A DNA stretch of 63,961 nucleotides, filler included, from Octopus bimaculoides (GCF_001194135.2; 7 parts of 5 records of this genome joined end to end with filler, not necessarily neighbours in it), one strand, 5' to 3'; shown: positions 12,240 through 24,574, counted from the whole stretch's first letter. The notes: generated by a model from the letters alone, not told the origin. Made by a program: numbers and translations.

Positions 12240-13005
12240 TCATTGCCGCTGTTGTTTTTGTTGCTGTTGTTGTCGATGATGGTGGCGCTGGTGGTGCGGG
12301 GGATGGAGTGGGGTTGATGGTGGAGGTCTTATTGTTGCTATAGATGTTGCTTCTGCTGCCGTTGTTGTTATTGTTGTTGTCAGTGGTGGTGGTTGTGGTG
12401 GTGGTTGTGGTGGTGGTTGTGGTGTTGGTTGTGGTTGNNNNNNNNNNNNNNNNNNNNNNNNNNNNNNNNNNNNNNNNNNNNNNNNNNNNNNNNNNNNNNN
12501 NNNNNNNNNNNNNNNNNNNNNNNNNNNNNNNNNNNNNNNNNNNNNNNNNNNNNNNNNNNNNNNNNNNNNNNNNNNNNNNNNNNNNNNNNNNNNNNNNNNN
12601 NNNNNNNNNNNNNNNNNNNNNNNNNNNNNNNNNNNNNNNNNNNNNNNNNNNNNNNNNNNNNNNNNNNNNNNNNNNNNNNNNNNNNNNNNNNNNNNNNNNN
12701 NNNNNNNNNNNNNNNNNNNNNNNNNNNNNNNNNNNNNNNNNNNNNNNNNNNNNNNNNNNNNNNNNNNNNGTGGTGGTGGTTGTGGTGGTGGTAGTGGTGG
12801 TGGTGGTGGTTGTGGCGGTGGTGGTGGTGGTGGTAGTGCTGTTGGAGTTGTTTTTGCTGTTGGGTCATTGTCATTCTTGTTTGTGGTGGCGTCGATGTTG
12901 AGGTCCTTGTTGTTGCTGTCGGTGGTGGTGGTCGTAGTAGCTCTGGTGTAGGTGGTAGTACGGATGTTGTGTTTGTTGTTGCTGTTATTGTTGTTGCTTT
13001 TGTTG
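12240..13005. repeat. (GTT/GGT)n compound microsatellite spanning a gap
   Basis: Directly visible. Confidence 0.9.
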
Positions 13006-13340
13006 CTGCAGACGCATTGATTCAGTGATTAAACTGTGTTAGTAAACGCGCTTGTTTGCTCTTGTCTGTCCGGTCCGGGGATAAGCATACATTAACAATA
13101 TTCATGGACAGGCGTTCGAGCGCGGCAGAAGCCATTGTTTAGGTAATTATTTTATTTTATTTTACTTTATTTTTGTTTAGTTCCATGCGTGTTGAGTATT
13201 ATCAGTGGTATTGTAATAGAGTTACAGTTTCAAATCCTTCATTTTCTCCCCAACCCACCCTTGACTGTCTCTCTCACACGTGCGTAAACACACACGTATA
13301 ATCACATACATAACAGCCACGTAGATACACGGGCGCACGA

Positions 13341-13392
<52 letters not shown>

Positions 13393-13800
13393 TCGTACAG
13401 ATATACACATACATTCAAGAATGCACACATTCACATGCACGCATACAGTCACATCCACAGATACACACACTCACACTCACGCATAAACATACACACGCAC
13501 ATGCAGACACACACGCACACATGCACATGCACGCACACATACACACACATAAACACACTTGCATACACAAATACGCATGCACACACATGCGCACAAGCAC
13601 AAACACATACACACGCATACATGTACGCATGCATGCACACACACATCCATATGCACACACACATACACACGCACACACATGCGTACACAGACAAACTCAT
13701 ATACACACGTACATGTACACACGCATGCACACACACATATACATATTCACACCCACGTGCACGCACACACACGCACGCACACACATATATATGCACACAC

Positions 13801-14900
13801 ACACATACACGTATACGCACATACTACTTCGCATAGTCAAACGGACGTATCTATGTAAACACAGACAAGCACACTTTCCCCCCCCCCTCTCTCTCTCTCT
13901 CTCTCTCNNNNNNNNNNNNNNNNNNNNNNNNNNNNNNNNNNNNNNNNNNNNNNNNNNNNNNNNNNNNNNNNNNNNNNNNNNNNNNNNNNNNNNNNNNNNN
14001 NNNNNNNNNNNNNNNNNNNNNNNNNNNNNNNNNNNNNNNNNNNNNNNNNNNNNNNNNNNNNNNNNNNNNNNNNNNNNNNNNNNNNNNNNNNNNNNNNNNN
14101 NNNNNNNNNNNNNNNNNNNNNNNNNNNNNNNNNNNNNNNNNNNNNNNNNNNNNNNNNNNNNNNNNNNNNNNNNNNNNNNNNNNNNNNNNNNNNNNNNNNN
14201 NNNNNNNNNNNNNNNNNNNNNNNNNNNNNNNNNNNNNNNNNNNNNNNNNNNNNNNNNNNNNNNNNNNNNNNNNNNNNNNNNNNNNNNNNNNNNNNNNNNN
14301 NNNNNNNNNNNNNNNNNNNNNNNNNNNNNNNNNNNNNNNNNNNNNNNNNNNNNNNNNNNNNNNNNNNNNNNNNNNNNNNNNNNNNNNNNNNNNNNNNNNN
14401 NNNNNNNNNNNNNNNNNNNNNNNNNNNNNNNNNNNNNNNNNNNNNNNNNNNNNNNNNNNNNNNNNNNNNNNNNNNNNNNNNNNNNTATATATATATATAT
14501 ATATATATGCTCATTGACAGGTCTCTGATACTTAACTACTGTACTTGTTGGGTATATAAACAGCCATACCCTGCTCCTAATATATGCAATTCTATCGATG
14601 ATTCTAGAAAAATCACGAATTTCAATGGTGAGTCTTTGGAGAGAAAGTATGTTTGCATTTAGTAAACATAGAATAGGGACGTTTGAACAGCAATTAGAGC
14701 GCATGCGCCTTTGCGCGCGGTAGTGTATGTTCGTGTATGTGTGTTTTCTTATGTGTATATGTGTGTGCTTGTGTGTTGTAGAGAGAAAGAGCGAGAGAGA
14801 TAAATAAAGGGAGAAAGAGAGGGAACGTGTGCTTGTCTGTGTTTACATAGATATGTCCGTTTGACTATGCGAAGTAGTATGTGCGTGTACGTGTATGTGT
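13801..14900. repeat. Long inverted repeat; core arms 13801-13874 and 14827-14900, extending into CA/TG-rich flanks
   Basis: catactacttcgcatagtcaaacggacgtatctatgtaaacacagacaagcacac recurs reverse-complemented with few mismatches. Confidence 0.9.
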
Positions 14901-15362
14901 GTGTGTGCGTGCGTGCATGTGTGTGCGTGCACATGTGTGTGTATGTGTATGTGTGTGCATGTACGTGTCTACATGTGTTTGTGTGTACGCATGTGTGCGT
15001 GTGTATGTGTGTGTGTATGTGTTTGTGCTTGTGCGCATGTGTGTGTATGTGTATGCAGGGCTATCCTCAGCTGCATAAAGAAATAAATAGACTTTTTTAA
15101 TCAGTCGGAAACATTTGTATAATTTTACTTAAATCCTCTAATAGGATAAGAAGACAAAGTCCATGCCGTTGTCACTTCAGCTTAGAAGTATCTAAGACAT
15201 CAGGAAAATAATTTATCTGGGTCATAGCTTGCCACTAATTTTGGTTCTGTTTTAATTTATTAGTCTTGTTTATCAAATCTAAGACTAGAGAAGAGTGTCT
15301 GTTAGGAAAGGGCATGAGGGAGTTGACAGAATCATAGTGGAGATAGTCATAAAACGGTATAG

Positions 15363-15409
<47 letters not shown>

Positions 15410-16054
15410 CAATTTAGGTTAGTTGAAATATGTTTGTCATATATTTCAATTGCTAAAGGTAAATACACTGCAGTTACCGTGGAGTAAAAATCTCTCTTAC
15501 GGTAAAAAGGTGTGAAAACACCCACTTCGTTCAGTGTCGACTTCTCTCGGAAATCTCAGACATCGATGTTTCGAGTTAATTGACTCTTGTCAATGAGATG
15601 TACCTAAGAGAAGCAACTCTGAACGAACCAAATAATGCTTATAGCTTCATATATAATTCAGCCAACACATTGAGTGATTTGCGCAAGTAGATCGCCCGAC
15701 CGAGAAAAATATCGGAGTAATGGCACAAAGCAGTGTTAACGAATAAGTTAGTTGAAATAAGTTTGTCACATGCAGGGCTGTGTTGTGAAGAATTCCGCTC
15801 CGTGACCACTGCAGGGCTCCTTAAAGAATTTATTGCTTTCTAGTAAAGCTTTGGGGTGAGCTATATCTTATGAATGGAATTCAGTAGATGGAAACTACTG
15901 AAGCTGGTCGTACAAATGCGTGAGTGAGCGCGCGCACGTATAGAAGTGTGTGTCGGTGTGTAAAGTTATGTCCCATAATTCAGTGATTCGATAAAGAGAA
16001 ATAGATAAAATGAGCCAGAAAATGGCCGTAGCTTAGTAACGGATACGAGCGATG

Positions 16055-16555
16055 TACGAGGGGGTGATGAAATGTCCGTAGACTTGAGTAAAAGAAAATA
16101 CACCAGGATCAGTTAATGATTTTATTTAACATATTCCCCTCTCAAATTCACACATTTATTGCAGCAGTCTTTCAGTTTTTTACAAGCCCTGAAAAAGAAC
16201 TCGAAAGGTTGGGCCTCCAACCAGGCCTTTTGCGATACCCTTAAAGCCAGGAAATTTACAGCACCTCTCTTATATCAGTTAGAAAGTATACTCATGTATA
16301 TGTATGTATGTATGTACACACACATGCATAGAGGTACACTCGTACACACATGTATGCACACAGATCTATCTATCTATCTATCTATAAATTTATATACACG
16401 AGGATGTGCTGAAAAGTTTCTGGTTTTGGGTAAAAGAAAATACAGGGAAACCAGTTAATTGTGATTTTATTGAATATATTCCTCCTCCAGATTCACACAC
16501 CTATTGCAGCGGTCCTTCAGTTTTTCTAAGCCCTCCAACCAGGCCTTTTCAACCC
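16055..16555. mobile_element. Two direct-oriented mariner-like terminal fragments (16055-16262, 16397-16555)
   Basis: Both begin (t/c)acgagg..gtg(a/c)tgaaa and share gtaaaagaaaatac...gattttatt...ccaaccaggccttt. Confidence 0.6.
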
Positions 16556-16877
16556 CACCTCGTATATATATATGTATGGACAGGGACAACTAATGAAGGG
16601 GAATATTCTTTATGTTGCATGTCTCGTTCCTCTGTTTGTTTTTTTTCTTTGTCCCCAAAAATTCGTTTTCTGTCCTCGTCTTTATGTCTTCGTTTCTCAT
16701 TGTGTTTAACGTTTTTTTTTTGTGATGTCCTGTACCCATATATGCATGTATGTATACATATAGATGTAGATATGTACATATATGTATGGATATATGCATA
16801 TATTTATATATTATTTATGTTATTATATATATATGTGTGTGTGTGTATGTGTGTGCGCGCGTGCGTACACATATATA

Positions 16878-17017
16878 TTTGCTTCCCAACCACATGGTTC
16901 CGGGTTCAGTCTCACTGTGTGGCACCTTGGGCAAGTGACTTCTACTATGGCCTCGGGTTGACCAAAGGCTTGTGAGTGGATATGGTAGACAGAAACGGAA
17001 ACAGGACCATCGTATAT
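16878..17017 (+). mobile_element. SINE family B, 5' half running into a gap
   Basis: aaccacatggttccgggttcagtctcactgtgtggcaccttgggcaagtgacttctactat. Confidence 0.88.
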
Positions 17018-17695
17018 ANNNNNNNNNNNNNNNNNNNNNNNNNNNNNNNNNNNNNNNNNNNNNNNNNNNNNNNNNNNNNNNNNNNNNNNNNNNNNNNNNN
17101 NNNNNNNNNNNNNNNNNNNNNNNNNNNNNNNNNNNNNNNNNNNNNNNNNNNNNNNNNNNNNNNNNNNNNNNNNNNNNNNNNNNNNNNNNNNNNNNNNNNN
17201 NNNNNNNNNNNNNNNNNNNNNNNNNNNNNNNNNNNNNNNNNNNNNNNNNNNNNNNNNNNNNNNNNNNNNNNNNNNNNNNNNNNNNNNNNNNNNNNNNNNN
17301 NNNNNNNNNNNNNNNNNNNNNNNNNNNNNNNNNNNNNNNNNNNNNNNNNNNNNNNNNNNNNNNNNNNNNNNNNNNNNNNNNNNNNNNNNNNNNNNNNNNN
17401 NNNNNNNNNNNNNNNNNNNNNNNNNNNNNNNNNNNNNNNNNNNNNNNNNNNNNNNNNNNNNNNNNNNNNNNNNNNNNNNNNNNNNNNNNNNNNNNNNNNN
17501 NNNNNNNNNNNNNNNNNNNNNNNNNNNNNNNNNNNNNNNNNNNNNNNNNNNNNNNNNNNNNNNNNNNNNNNNNNNNNNNNNNNNNNNNNNNNNNNNNNNN
17601 NNNNNNNNNNNNNNNNNNNNNNNNNNNNNNNNNNNNNNNNNNNNNNNNNNNNNNNNNNNNNNNNNNNNNNNNNNNNNNNNNNNNNNNNNNNNNNN

Positions 17696-17736
<41 letters not shown>

Positions 17737-18281
17737 GTATATGTATATAAAACGATATATAATTGTCTTATTGTGTATACACACCCTTTATATGTATAAA
17801 GATCGTTTTACTGTTCATTCACGCCGATTTATTGTGTGTGTATATGTGTGCATACATATACATACATACATACATACATACGTACATATAGACCAATAAA
17901 CATTTTTTCATGCATATTTGTGTATGTGTGTGAACGTGCGTGTGTGTGCGCGTTTGTGTGAATGTGAATGTGTGTGATGGGGTATGGTGTGTGTGTTGAT
18001 AGGACGGCTATCATCTGTCAAAATGAAGCAATCATCATATATATATATATACACACTTATTTTATTGCGTGCACAATGTTAACTCGTATACAGGCTTTTA
18101 TATGCGATATTACTATGTAATACTTTGTATTACTGCGTATACACGCTATTATTTGATATACATACTGTCTTACTGAGCATTTAGTGTTACGGCGTACACA
18201 AAATTTTAATGTGTATAAATATTGCAATGTATACAGTGGCTTACTGCGTATACACTCTTATTTGTTATATACACCCGTTTG

Positions 18282-18325
<44 letters not shown>

Positions 18326-18531
18326 GCTGATACTGGATGCAATGTATTTTATTGTGCGCACTTTAACATGAGAACAAATATTTACTGCTTATACACACTG
18401 TTACTATACATCACGATGTTATTGTGTATAGTAAGTGCCACTATATATACAAGTAGCTATTATGTAATAGAAAGTTTTACTGATACAAGTGATACAGTAT
18501 ATGTAATATATCACCGTTTAAGGTTTACATC

Positions 18532-18815
18532 GTGGAGGCGCAATAGCCCAGTGGTTAGGGCAGCGGACTCGCGGTCATAGGCTCGCGGTTTCGATTCCCA
18601 GACCGGCCGTTGTGAGTGCTAATTAAGCGAAAACACCTAAAGCTCCACGAGGCTCCGGTAGGGGATGGTGGCGAACCCTTCTGTACTCTTTCACCACAAA
18701 TTTCTCTCACTCTTACTTCCTGTTTCTGTTGTACCTGTAATTCAAAGGGCCAGCCTTGTCACACTGTGTCACGCTGAATATCCCCGAGAACTACGTTAAG
18801 GGTACACGTGTCTGT
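18532..18815 (+). mobile_element. tRNA-derived SINE family C, truncated by an assembly linker
   Basis: gtggaggcgcaatagcccagtggttagggcagcggactcgcgg...ggtttcgattccc; high identity to 38910-39292. Confidence 0.92.
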
Positions 18816-18915
18816 NNNNNNNNNNNNNNNNNNNNNNNNNNNNNNNNNNNNNNNNNNNNTTAATTAATTAANNNNNNNNNNNNNNNNNNNNNNNNNNNNN
18901 NNNNNNNNNNNNNNN
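18816..18915. other. Assembly linker 44N-TTAATTAATTAA-44N
   Basis: Identical 100-bp construct. Confidence 0.95.
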
Positions 18916-18998
<83 letters not shown>

Positions 18999-19069
18999 GT
19001 GTCAAGGTGCCAAGTGTTACAGTGAGTCAACGGTTTATTGCAGAGAAAATGCTACCGCAGTTAACTTAC

Positions 19070-19228
19070 CTTCCATATTTTCTTTGAGAAACTGGTATTC
19101 TGCACCAGATTCGACTTCAAGGGATTTAGATTTGTCGTTACAAGATACCAACCGTTGAGTGGAATAACCAATTTGCACTTTCTCGTAACAATATATTTTA
19201 TTACATATTAAATTTGGGTGGGCTGTAA
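19070..19228 (-). CDS. Exon of C-type lectin-like domain protein (N-terminal half of second domain)
   Basis: Acceptor ctgttttctag, donor G|gtaagt, 159 bp, phase 1-1; (V)TAHPNLICNKIYCYEKVQIGYSTQRLVSCNDKSKSLEVESGAEYQFLKENME; in frame with exon 21113-21343. Confidence 0.75.
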
Positions 19229-19759
19229 CTAGAAAACAGAAGTAAACAGTCGGTGAAATTTAAGTCAATACTCTAAATTATTCAACATTGCAGATAAACG
19301 AATGAATTCGTTTTTATTGGGCAAAAGATCTCGATGTTTAGAAAAGAAAGTTGTAATGTATATGTCCTTCCCATTGAGGCTACCTACACAGGAACTGAAT
19401 TTAAATGGACACTGAGACTATTTCGCTCTTTTGGCTTTCATAAGATTATTACTTGACCATTACCATATCTTTACCATGGTAATGACCCTTACAATAATGC
19501 AAAAAAATTACACAGAGTGACATCTTGTGCCTTGGCTCCAAATATACCAAGAAAACGTTTGCCCTCTTATCTCTATGTTTGGAGAAACAGCATATTCCTT
19601 TATGTGGTAATGTATACTACCATTTGCTGAAAGCCAATATTGAGTAGCCTCGGAGCGCATCCAATCTTGTAAACGAATTCTCATAAGGTCGAAGGCCTTC
19701 ATGAACAACAAAATCAACTTAGGAAAGTTGGGTTTATTATTTATATTTTCATACAATTG

Positions 19760-20520
19760 TGAAAGGGAGATCCTATCAGTCGCGAAGCCACAATGAAATT
19801 CGGAATATATCCTTTCAACAACTTTTTGCTATATATTTAAGATCACATGATCGAAGTCTTTGCGGTAATGCTCAGCGCAAAGCAGTACCTCCATATTCGT
19901 TGTCGCTTCTATTAATAAACAGTATTAGCAAGAGTCCGTCCTTTGGACAATATAGACGGTGTGGAGAGGGGAGATCTGCTACATGAACAACTACTGAGAT
20001 TTCATACTAACCGTATCTACACCTGCGCCTCGCAGAAGACACTCAAGCGTTACCTCACAATGATTGTTGAGTGTCCGGAGATATCTGAAATGTGGACTTA
20101 TGCTGAACACCTGTTGTCCGGCAAAGGAAGACTACAGCTGTCGACTGAGTCAATTATAAAAATTGACCCACCGGGAGTTTTAACAAACGAAGGTAAGAAT
20201 TGTTTTCTCACGGTTGTAGCAATAGCGAAAGAGACAGTATGGAAGACTAGGATAAAAGGAATTAAAACAGGCAACTTTATCTCTGTCACAATTTACGTTC
20301 ATTTTTTGCTTTTCATTTGAAAAGGAAAGTGCGGCTGGAGAGGAGATGTCTGTCGGAGTGCACGTTCCAAAAGAGATGGAAGCATGTTGCACGAGTGTTG
20401 TGTGTGCAAGGAACCGTGTGAATAGACGGAAAAAAATAACAAAAAAGGTACCAGCGATAGATCGGGGCTTGTGGGGGTCATCGCTTCAATTGTATTGTCT
20501 CTGTATTGTTAATATCATTC
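19760..20520 (+). mobile_element. Tx1/L1-like LINE, decayed 3' end of ORF2
   Basis: RRCGEG...IVECPEISEMWTYAEHLLS...VAIAKETVWKTR resembles the zf-RVT/CCHC C-terminal region; frameshifted. Confidence 0.55.
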
Positions 20521-20617
20521 GATTTTTTATATTTTATTTAATTTTTAAAGTCACATTTTATGTAAAACCATACCGCATTACTGATCCCAATCAGTTGTTT
20601 TGTACATTTCTGTGTTT

Positions 20618-20775
20618 AGCCGCCGCTACGATCTGAGTTCAAATTCTGCCAAGATCAACTTTGCCTTTCATCCTTTCGGGGTCGATTAAATAAGTACCAG
20701 TTACACAATGAAATCGACTTTATCCCTTTGTCCTTGTTTGTCCTCTCTATGTTTAGCCCCCTGTGAGCAATAAAA
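20618..20775 (+). mobile_element. SINE family A
   Basis: ctgagttcaaattctgccaagatcaactttgcctttcatcctttcggggtcg. Confidence 0.85.
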
Positions 20776-20861
20776 ATTTAAATATATGCTGAATTGGACT
20801 AATTCCGGTTTTTTCACATTCCAAAACATTACAAGCATATGGAAAAATTTGTAGTTCTATA

Positions 20862-21062
20862 TAGTTTCAAATATTGGCATAAGGCCAGCAATTTTAATGG
20901 GAGAGAATTAATGGATTTCATCGACCCTGGTGCTCAACTGGTTCTTATTTTATCAAACCCGAAAGGATGAAAGGCAAAGTTGACTTCGGCTACATTAGAA
21001 CTCAGAACGCAAAGAAATTCCGCTGAGTATTTTGTCCGATGCATTCACGAGTCTGCCAGCTG
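20862..21062 (-). mobile_element. SINE family A
   Basis: ccgaaaggatgaaaggcaaagttgacttcggc...gaactcagaacg. Confidence 0.8.
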
Positions 21063-21112
21063 GCTGTTTTATGTAGTTTTGTAAATAAAGAATAATATTT
21101 AAGTAGACTCAC

Positions 21113-21343
21113 CTTTGTATAGAAACAACTTCGTTTCTATTTCACAGAGTATATAGCACTTCGCTAAAGGTTCTTCCCACTTTACTTGAAAATCAAACTC
21201 AATACATTTGCGTGTCTTCTCATCTGGATTATCACTAGTTAAATTAGTGTAATTCAAGACCTTCGGATAATAACCGTATTCAGGGTAGGTCCAGACGGGT
21301 TCAGTCCTTCGTTCATAACCAATCCAATACTTCTTACTAACAT
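21113..21343 (-). CDS. Exon of C-type lectin-like domain protein (C-terminal half of first domain)
   Basis: Acceptor ttttccag, donor AAG|gtgagt, 231 bp, phase 1-1; (D)VSKKYWIGYERRTEPVWTYPEYGYYPKVLNYTNLTSDNPDEKTRKCIEFDFQVKWEEPLAKCYILCEIETKLFLYK has the WIG motif, W and C...CE of a CTLD; absent from the ORF track. Confidence 0.82.
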
Positions 21344-21389
21344 CTGGAAAAGGATTTGTCAGAAAGAGATTTCAATTATATCGTTAATT

Positions 21390-21595
21390 ATTGGTTTCAA
21401 ACTTTGCCACAAGGCCAGCAATTTCAATGGCGGAATAAGTTATTACATCAACCCCAGTATTCAACTATACTTTAGTCCGGAAGGAATGAAAGGCAAAGTT
21501 GACTCCAGCAGCATTTGAACTTAGAACGTAAGGATGGACAAAATGCTTCTAGGCATTTTACCCGGCGCGCTAACGATTCTACGACGTCGTCGCCT
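21390..21595 (-). mobile_element. SINE family A (diverged)
   Basis: gaaaggcaaagttgactccagcagcatttgaacttagaacg. Confidence 0.75.
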
Positions 21596-22039
21596 TTATA
21601 TCTTTAATTATGAACTCCTGATATTTCACTGAAGAAAGTTTAAAAACTAAAACGCATTAAGTCACATTATGTTATTCTGTTAAGAGCTTAGAATTACTTA
21701 GCTCATTTGTAGGAAGATAGTTTATGTAGAAGTTAATGAAGGAATGAACTAGTATTGTTCCAAATATATCCATTTCACATGTAAATAAATATCATTTGCC
21801 GCAATAGTTATGCCAGTTCATATCTTTTATAAATAAAATTTCAAAGTTAAATAACTGGTATTAGCTATTTTGCAAAACATCAATGTGTATCAAAGACATT
21901 GCAAGTCAAACAGGGTTATGTATATGCAAAAGTACGTAAACGTACTAATTTATTCATGTTGCCTATATAGATATATGCCCACACCAAGAAAACACAAACA
22001 TGCGCACATATAAACATATGCGTACAGGCACACATGTGT

Positions 22040-22425
22040 GTTGTGTTGGCACTTCGTCGCTTACGGCGTCGAGGGTTCCAGTTGATCCGATCAACGGAAC
22101 AGCCTGCTCGTGAAATTAACGTGCAAGTGGCTGAGCACTCCACAGACACGTGTACCCTTAACGTAGTTCTCGGGGATATTCAGCGTGACACAGTGTGACA
22201 AGGCTGACCCTTTGAATTACAGGCACAACAGAAACAGGAAGTAAGAGTGAGAGAAAGTTGTTGTGAAAGAGTACAGCAGGGTTCGCCACCATCCCCTGCC
22301 GGAGCCTCGTGGAGCTTTAGGTGTTTTCGCTCAATAAACACTCACAAAGCCCGAACTGGGAATCGAAACCGCGATGCTATGACCGCAAGTCTGCTACCTT
22401 AACCACTGGGCCATTGCGCCTCCAC
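22040..22425 (-). mobile_element. SINE family C, full length
   Basis: Reverse complement of the 38910-39292 copy at high identity. Confidence 0.93.
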
Positions 22426-22474
22426 TCGGGCACACATACACATGCGCACAAAAATACACGCAAATACGCATTGG

Positions 22475-22628
22475 TACAGGCACGGCTGTGCAGTTAAGAA
22501 GTTCGTTTTGCAATCACATTTCGGGTTCAGTTCCAGTGCGTGACACTTCCGTCAAGTGTCTCCTCGATTAACAAATGCCTTGTGAGTGAATTTCATAGAC
22601 AGAGACTGTGGAAGGCCTTCGTATAATA

Positions 22629-22664
<36 letters not shown>

Positions 22665-22845
22665 CTTTGCGTCTGTGTTTCTTCCTCACTGCTGCTTGAG
22701 AACCGGTGTTTGTTTTCGTCCCCGTCACAAAGTGGTTCGGCCTATGAGCCCGATAGAATAAATACCAAGCTTTAAAAATGCAAGTTCTCCGGTTGATTTG
22801 CTCGACTAAACCCTTTCAAAGCAGTGCCCCAGCACGGCTGCAGTA
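22475..22845 (+). mobile_element. SINE family B, diverged full length with central (TG)n
   Basis: Head, central microsatellite and 3' half all align to family B. Confidence 0.75.
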
Positions 22846-23207
22846 AGTCACATATATTCGTCAATGAGTTTGTGTATGCGTGTATGTGAAAGCGAAAGAC
22901 GGTAAGAAAAAGAAAGACGAGAAGGCAGTGCTGAATGTCGCATGGTTAAAAATACTCCTAATGAAATCTTATCAGTTTACTGTAAAACGGGACAGTTTAC
23001 TGTAAAAAGTCGATTATTTTCAACTAAAACAATTAGTGAAGTAAAATAAAGTATTTATTGGGTTTTGACTCGTCAGTTAAATTCAAAAAGTAAAAAGAAA
23101 CATCCGAATATACTTCAGACTTAGAAAATATCCTGGCATATACTCCATTCTTATAAAAGAATAAAAATTTAGGAGACATAGTAATGGCTATTCTATACAT
23201 TCTTCTA

Positions 23208-23662
23208 CACTGTGTAACAAAATATTTATTTGTTGTTTTTGTCTTTGGTCAGTAAGTATTATTTCCTATTTGCTTCTATCTAGAAATCAAAGGAAATGAT
23301 TGCTATTCTATTCAAACTTCGCTTTTGTGACCTGGATATCAATGTTTTGAAACTGATCTATTTTCCATTACATTTCAGACAGATTCAGCGCTGAGGTGCT
23401 GAAGCGGAAATATCGTTATAGCAAATATTCTGCTCAATACCACAGATTTGCTTGTAACCATTTGAGCATGTCCCGTAGTGGCGGACAATATGTGCATTTC
23501 TGATGATGGGCAGTTGTGAGGAAGCACCATAACCATGGGTTGAGAGGGATTCTTTGGGGGTTTGGATAAAAATAATAATTGCAAAGTCTGAAGGAAATAT
23601 TAACCATATTTTTTATACTTTCTAGGGGTAAGCAAACAGGAAATAGCAGTTACTACCCAAGG
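23208..23662 (+). mobile_element. Unclassified composite interspersed repeat, copy 1
   Basis: Colinear with 33142-33599 over about 455 bp; embeds part of the 27846-28303 element. Confidence 0.85.
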
Positions 23663-23949
23663 GCAATCGTATTAGACAGTTTAATCTGGGGGAGAATTAT
23701 GCAGTTCCTTAAAATTGAGGAAAATCGTTGCTGATGGTGTACAAAGGAACAGATAGTAAAGACATGAACGCTAATTTTCGAGACATTCCTGATCCTTGAA
23801 GACAGAATTGACTTTTGTCACTGTTTTAATGGTGACTTGAATGCATTTGGCTTGAGAAATCGTGATACGTTTATGGATAATTCTCGAGAGCATGTGTTGT
23901 AATTCGTTGAGAATGCTCAGGCCCTTTTTCAATAAATTGTCTAAAATAA

Positions 23950-24378
23950 GGCGGTGAGCTGGCAGAGACGTTAACACGCCGGGCGAAATGCTTAGCGGTA
24001 TTTCGTCTGTCTTTACGTTCTGAGTTCAAATTCCGCCGAGGTCGACTTTGCCTTTCATCCTTTCGGAGTTGATAAAATTAAGTACCAGTTGTGTACTGGG
24101 GTCAATGTAATCGATTTAATCCCTTTGTCTGTCCTTGTTTGTCTCCTCTATGTTTAGCTCCTTGTGGGTAATAAAGAAATAAGAAACGTTAGCACGCCGG
24201 GCGAAATGCTTAGTGGTATCTCGTCTGTCTTTACGTTCTGAGTTCAAATTCCGTCGAGGTCGACTTTGCCTTTTATCCTTTCGGGGTTGATAAATTAAGT
24301 ACCAGTTGCGTACTGGGTCGATCTAATCGACTAGCCCCCTCCCCCAAAATTTCGGGCCTTGTATCTAGAGTAGAAAAG
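23950..24378 (+). mobile_element. Dimeric SINE family A insertion with 18-bp target-site duplication
   Basis: Two monomers in tandem; aataaattgtctaaaata flanks both sides (23931-23948, 24379-24396). Confidence 0.9.
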
Positions 24379-24574
24379 AATAAATTGTCTAAAATAGATG
24401 AGTACAGAGTAACTACTTTTACTCTGTATTCACTCTCTACATATTCTACCATATATTTCCCAATATATTTTTCATCATCTTTGAGTTATTTCTAAAAGGC
24501 TCTTTTATATATGCCACTGCAGAACAGGTAAGTTATTCAATCTCAAGCGATATTTAATTCTAAATCACACATTT

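Noticed and set aside
15400-15600. Minus-strand acceptor (ttctcttag at about 15599) as next lectin exon
   Set aside because: Phase-1 reading stops after four codons, no WIG motif, overlaps a decayed repeat and lies beyond a scaffold linker
18532-18605. tRNA genes (also heads at 38910, 52963, 11060-11135)
   Set aside because: A/B boxes continue into repeated SINE bodies and acceptor stems do not close; these are SINE heads
19508-19756. 82-aa minus-strand ORF with QYWLS/EYAVSP/TRC faintly echoing the lectin exon
   Set aside because: No convincing splice pair, ends in a stop, similarity too weak to support; worth a profile search only
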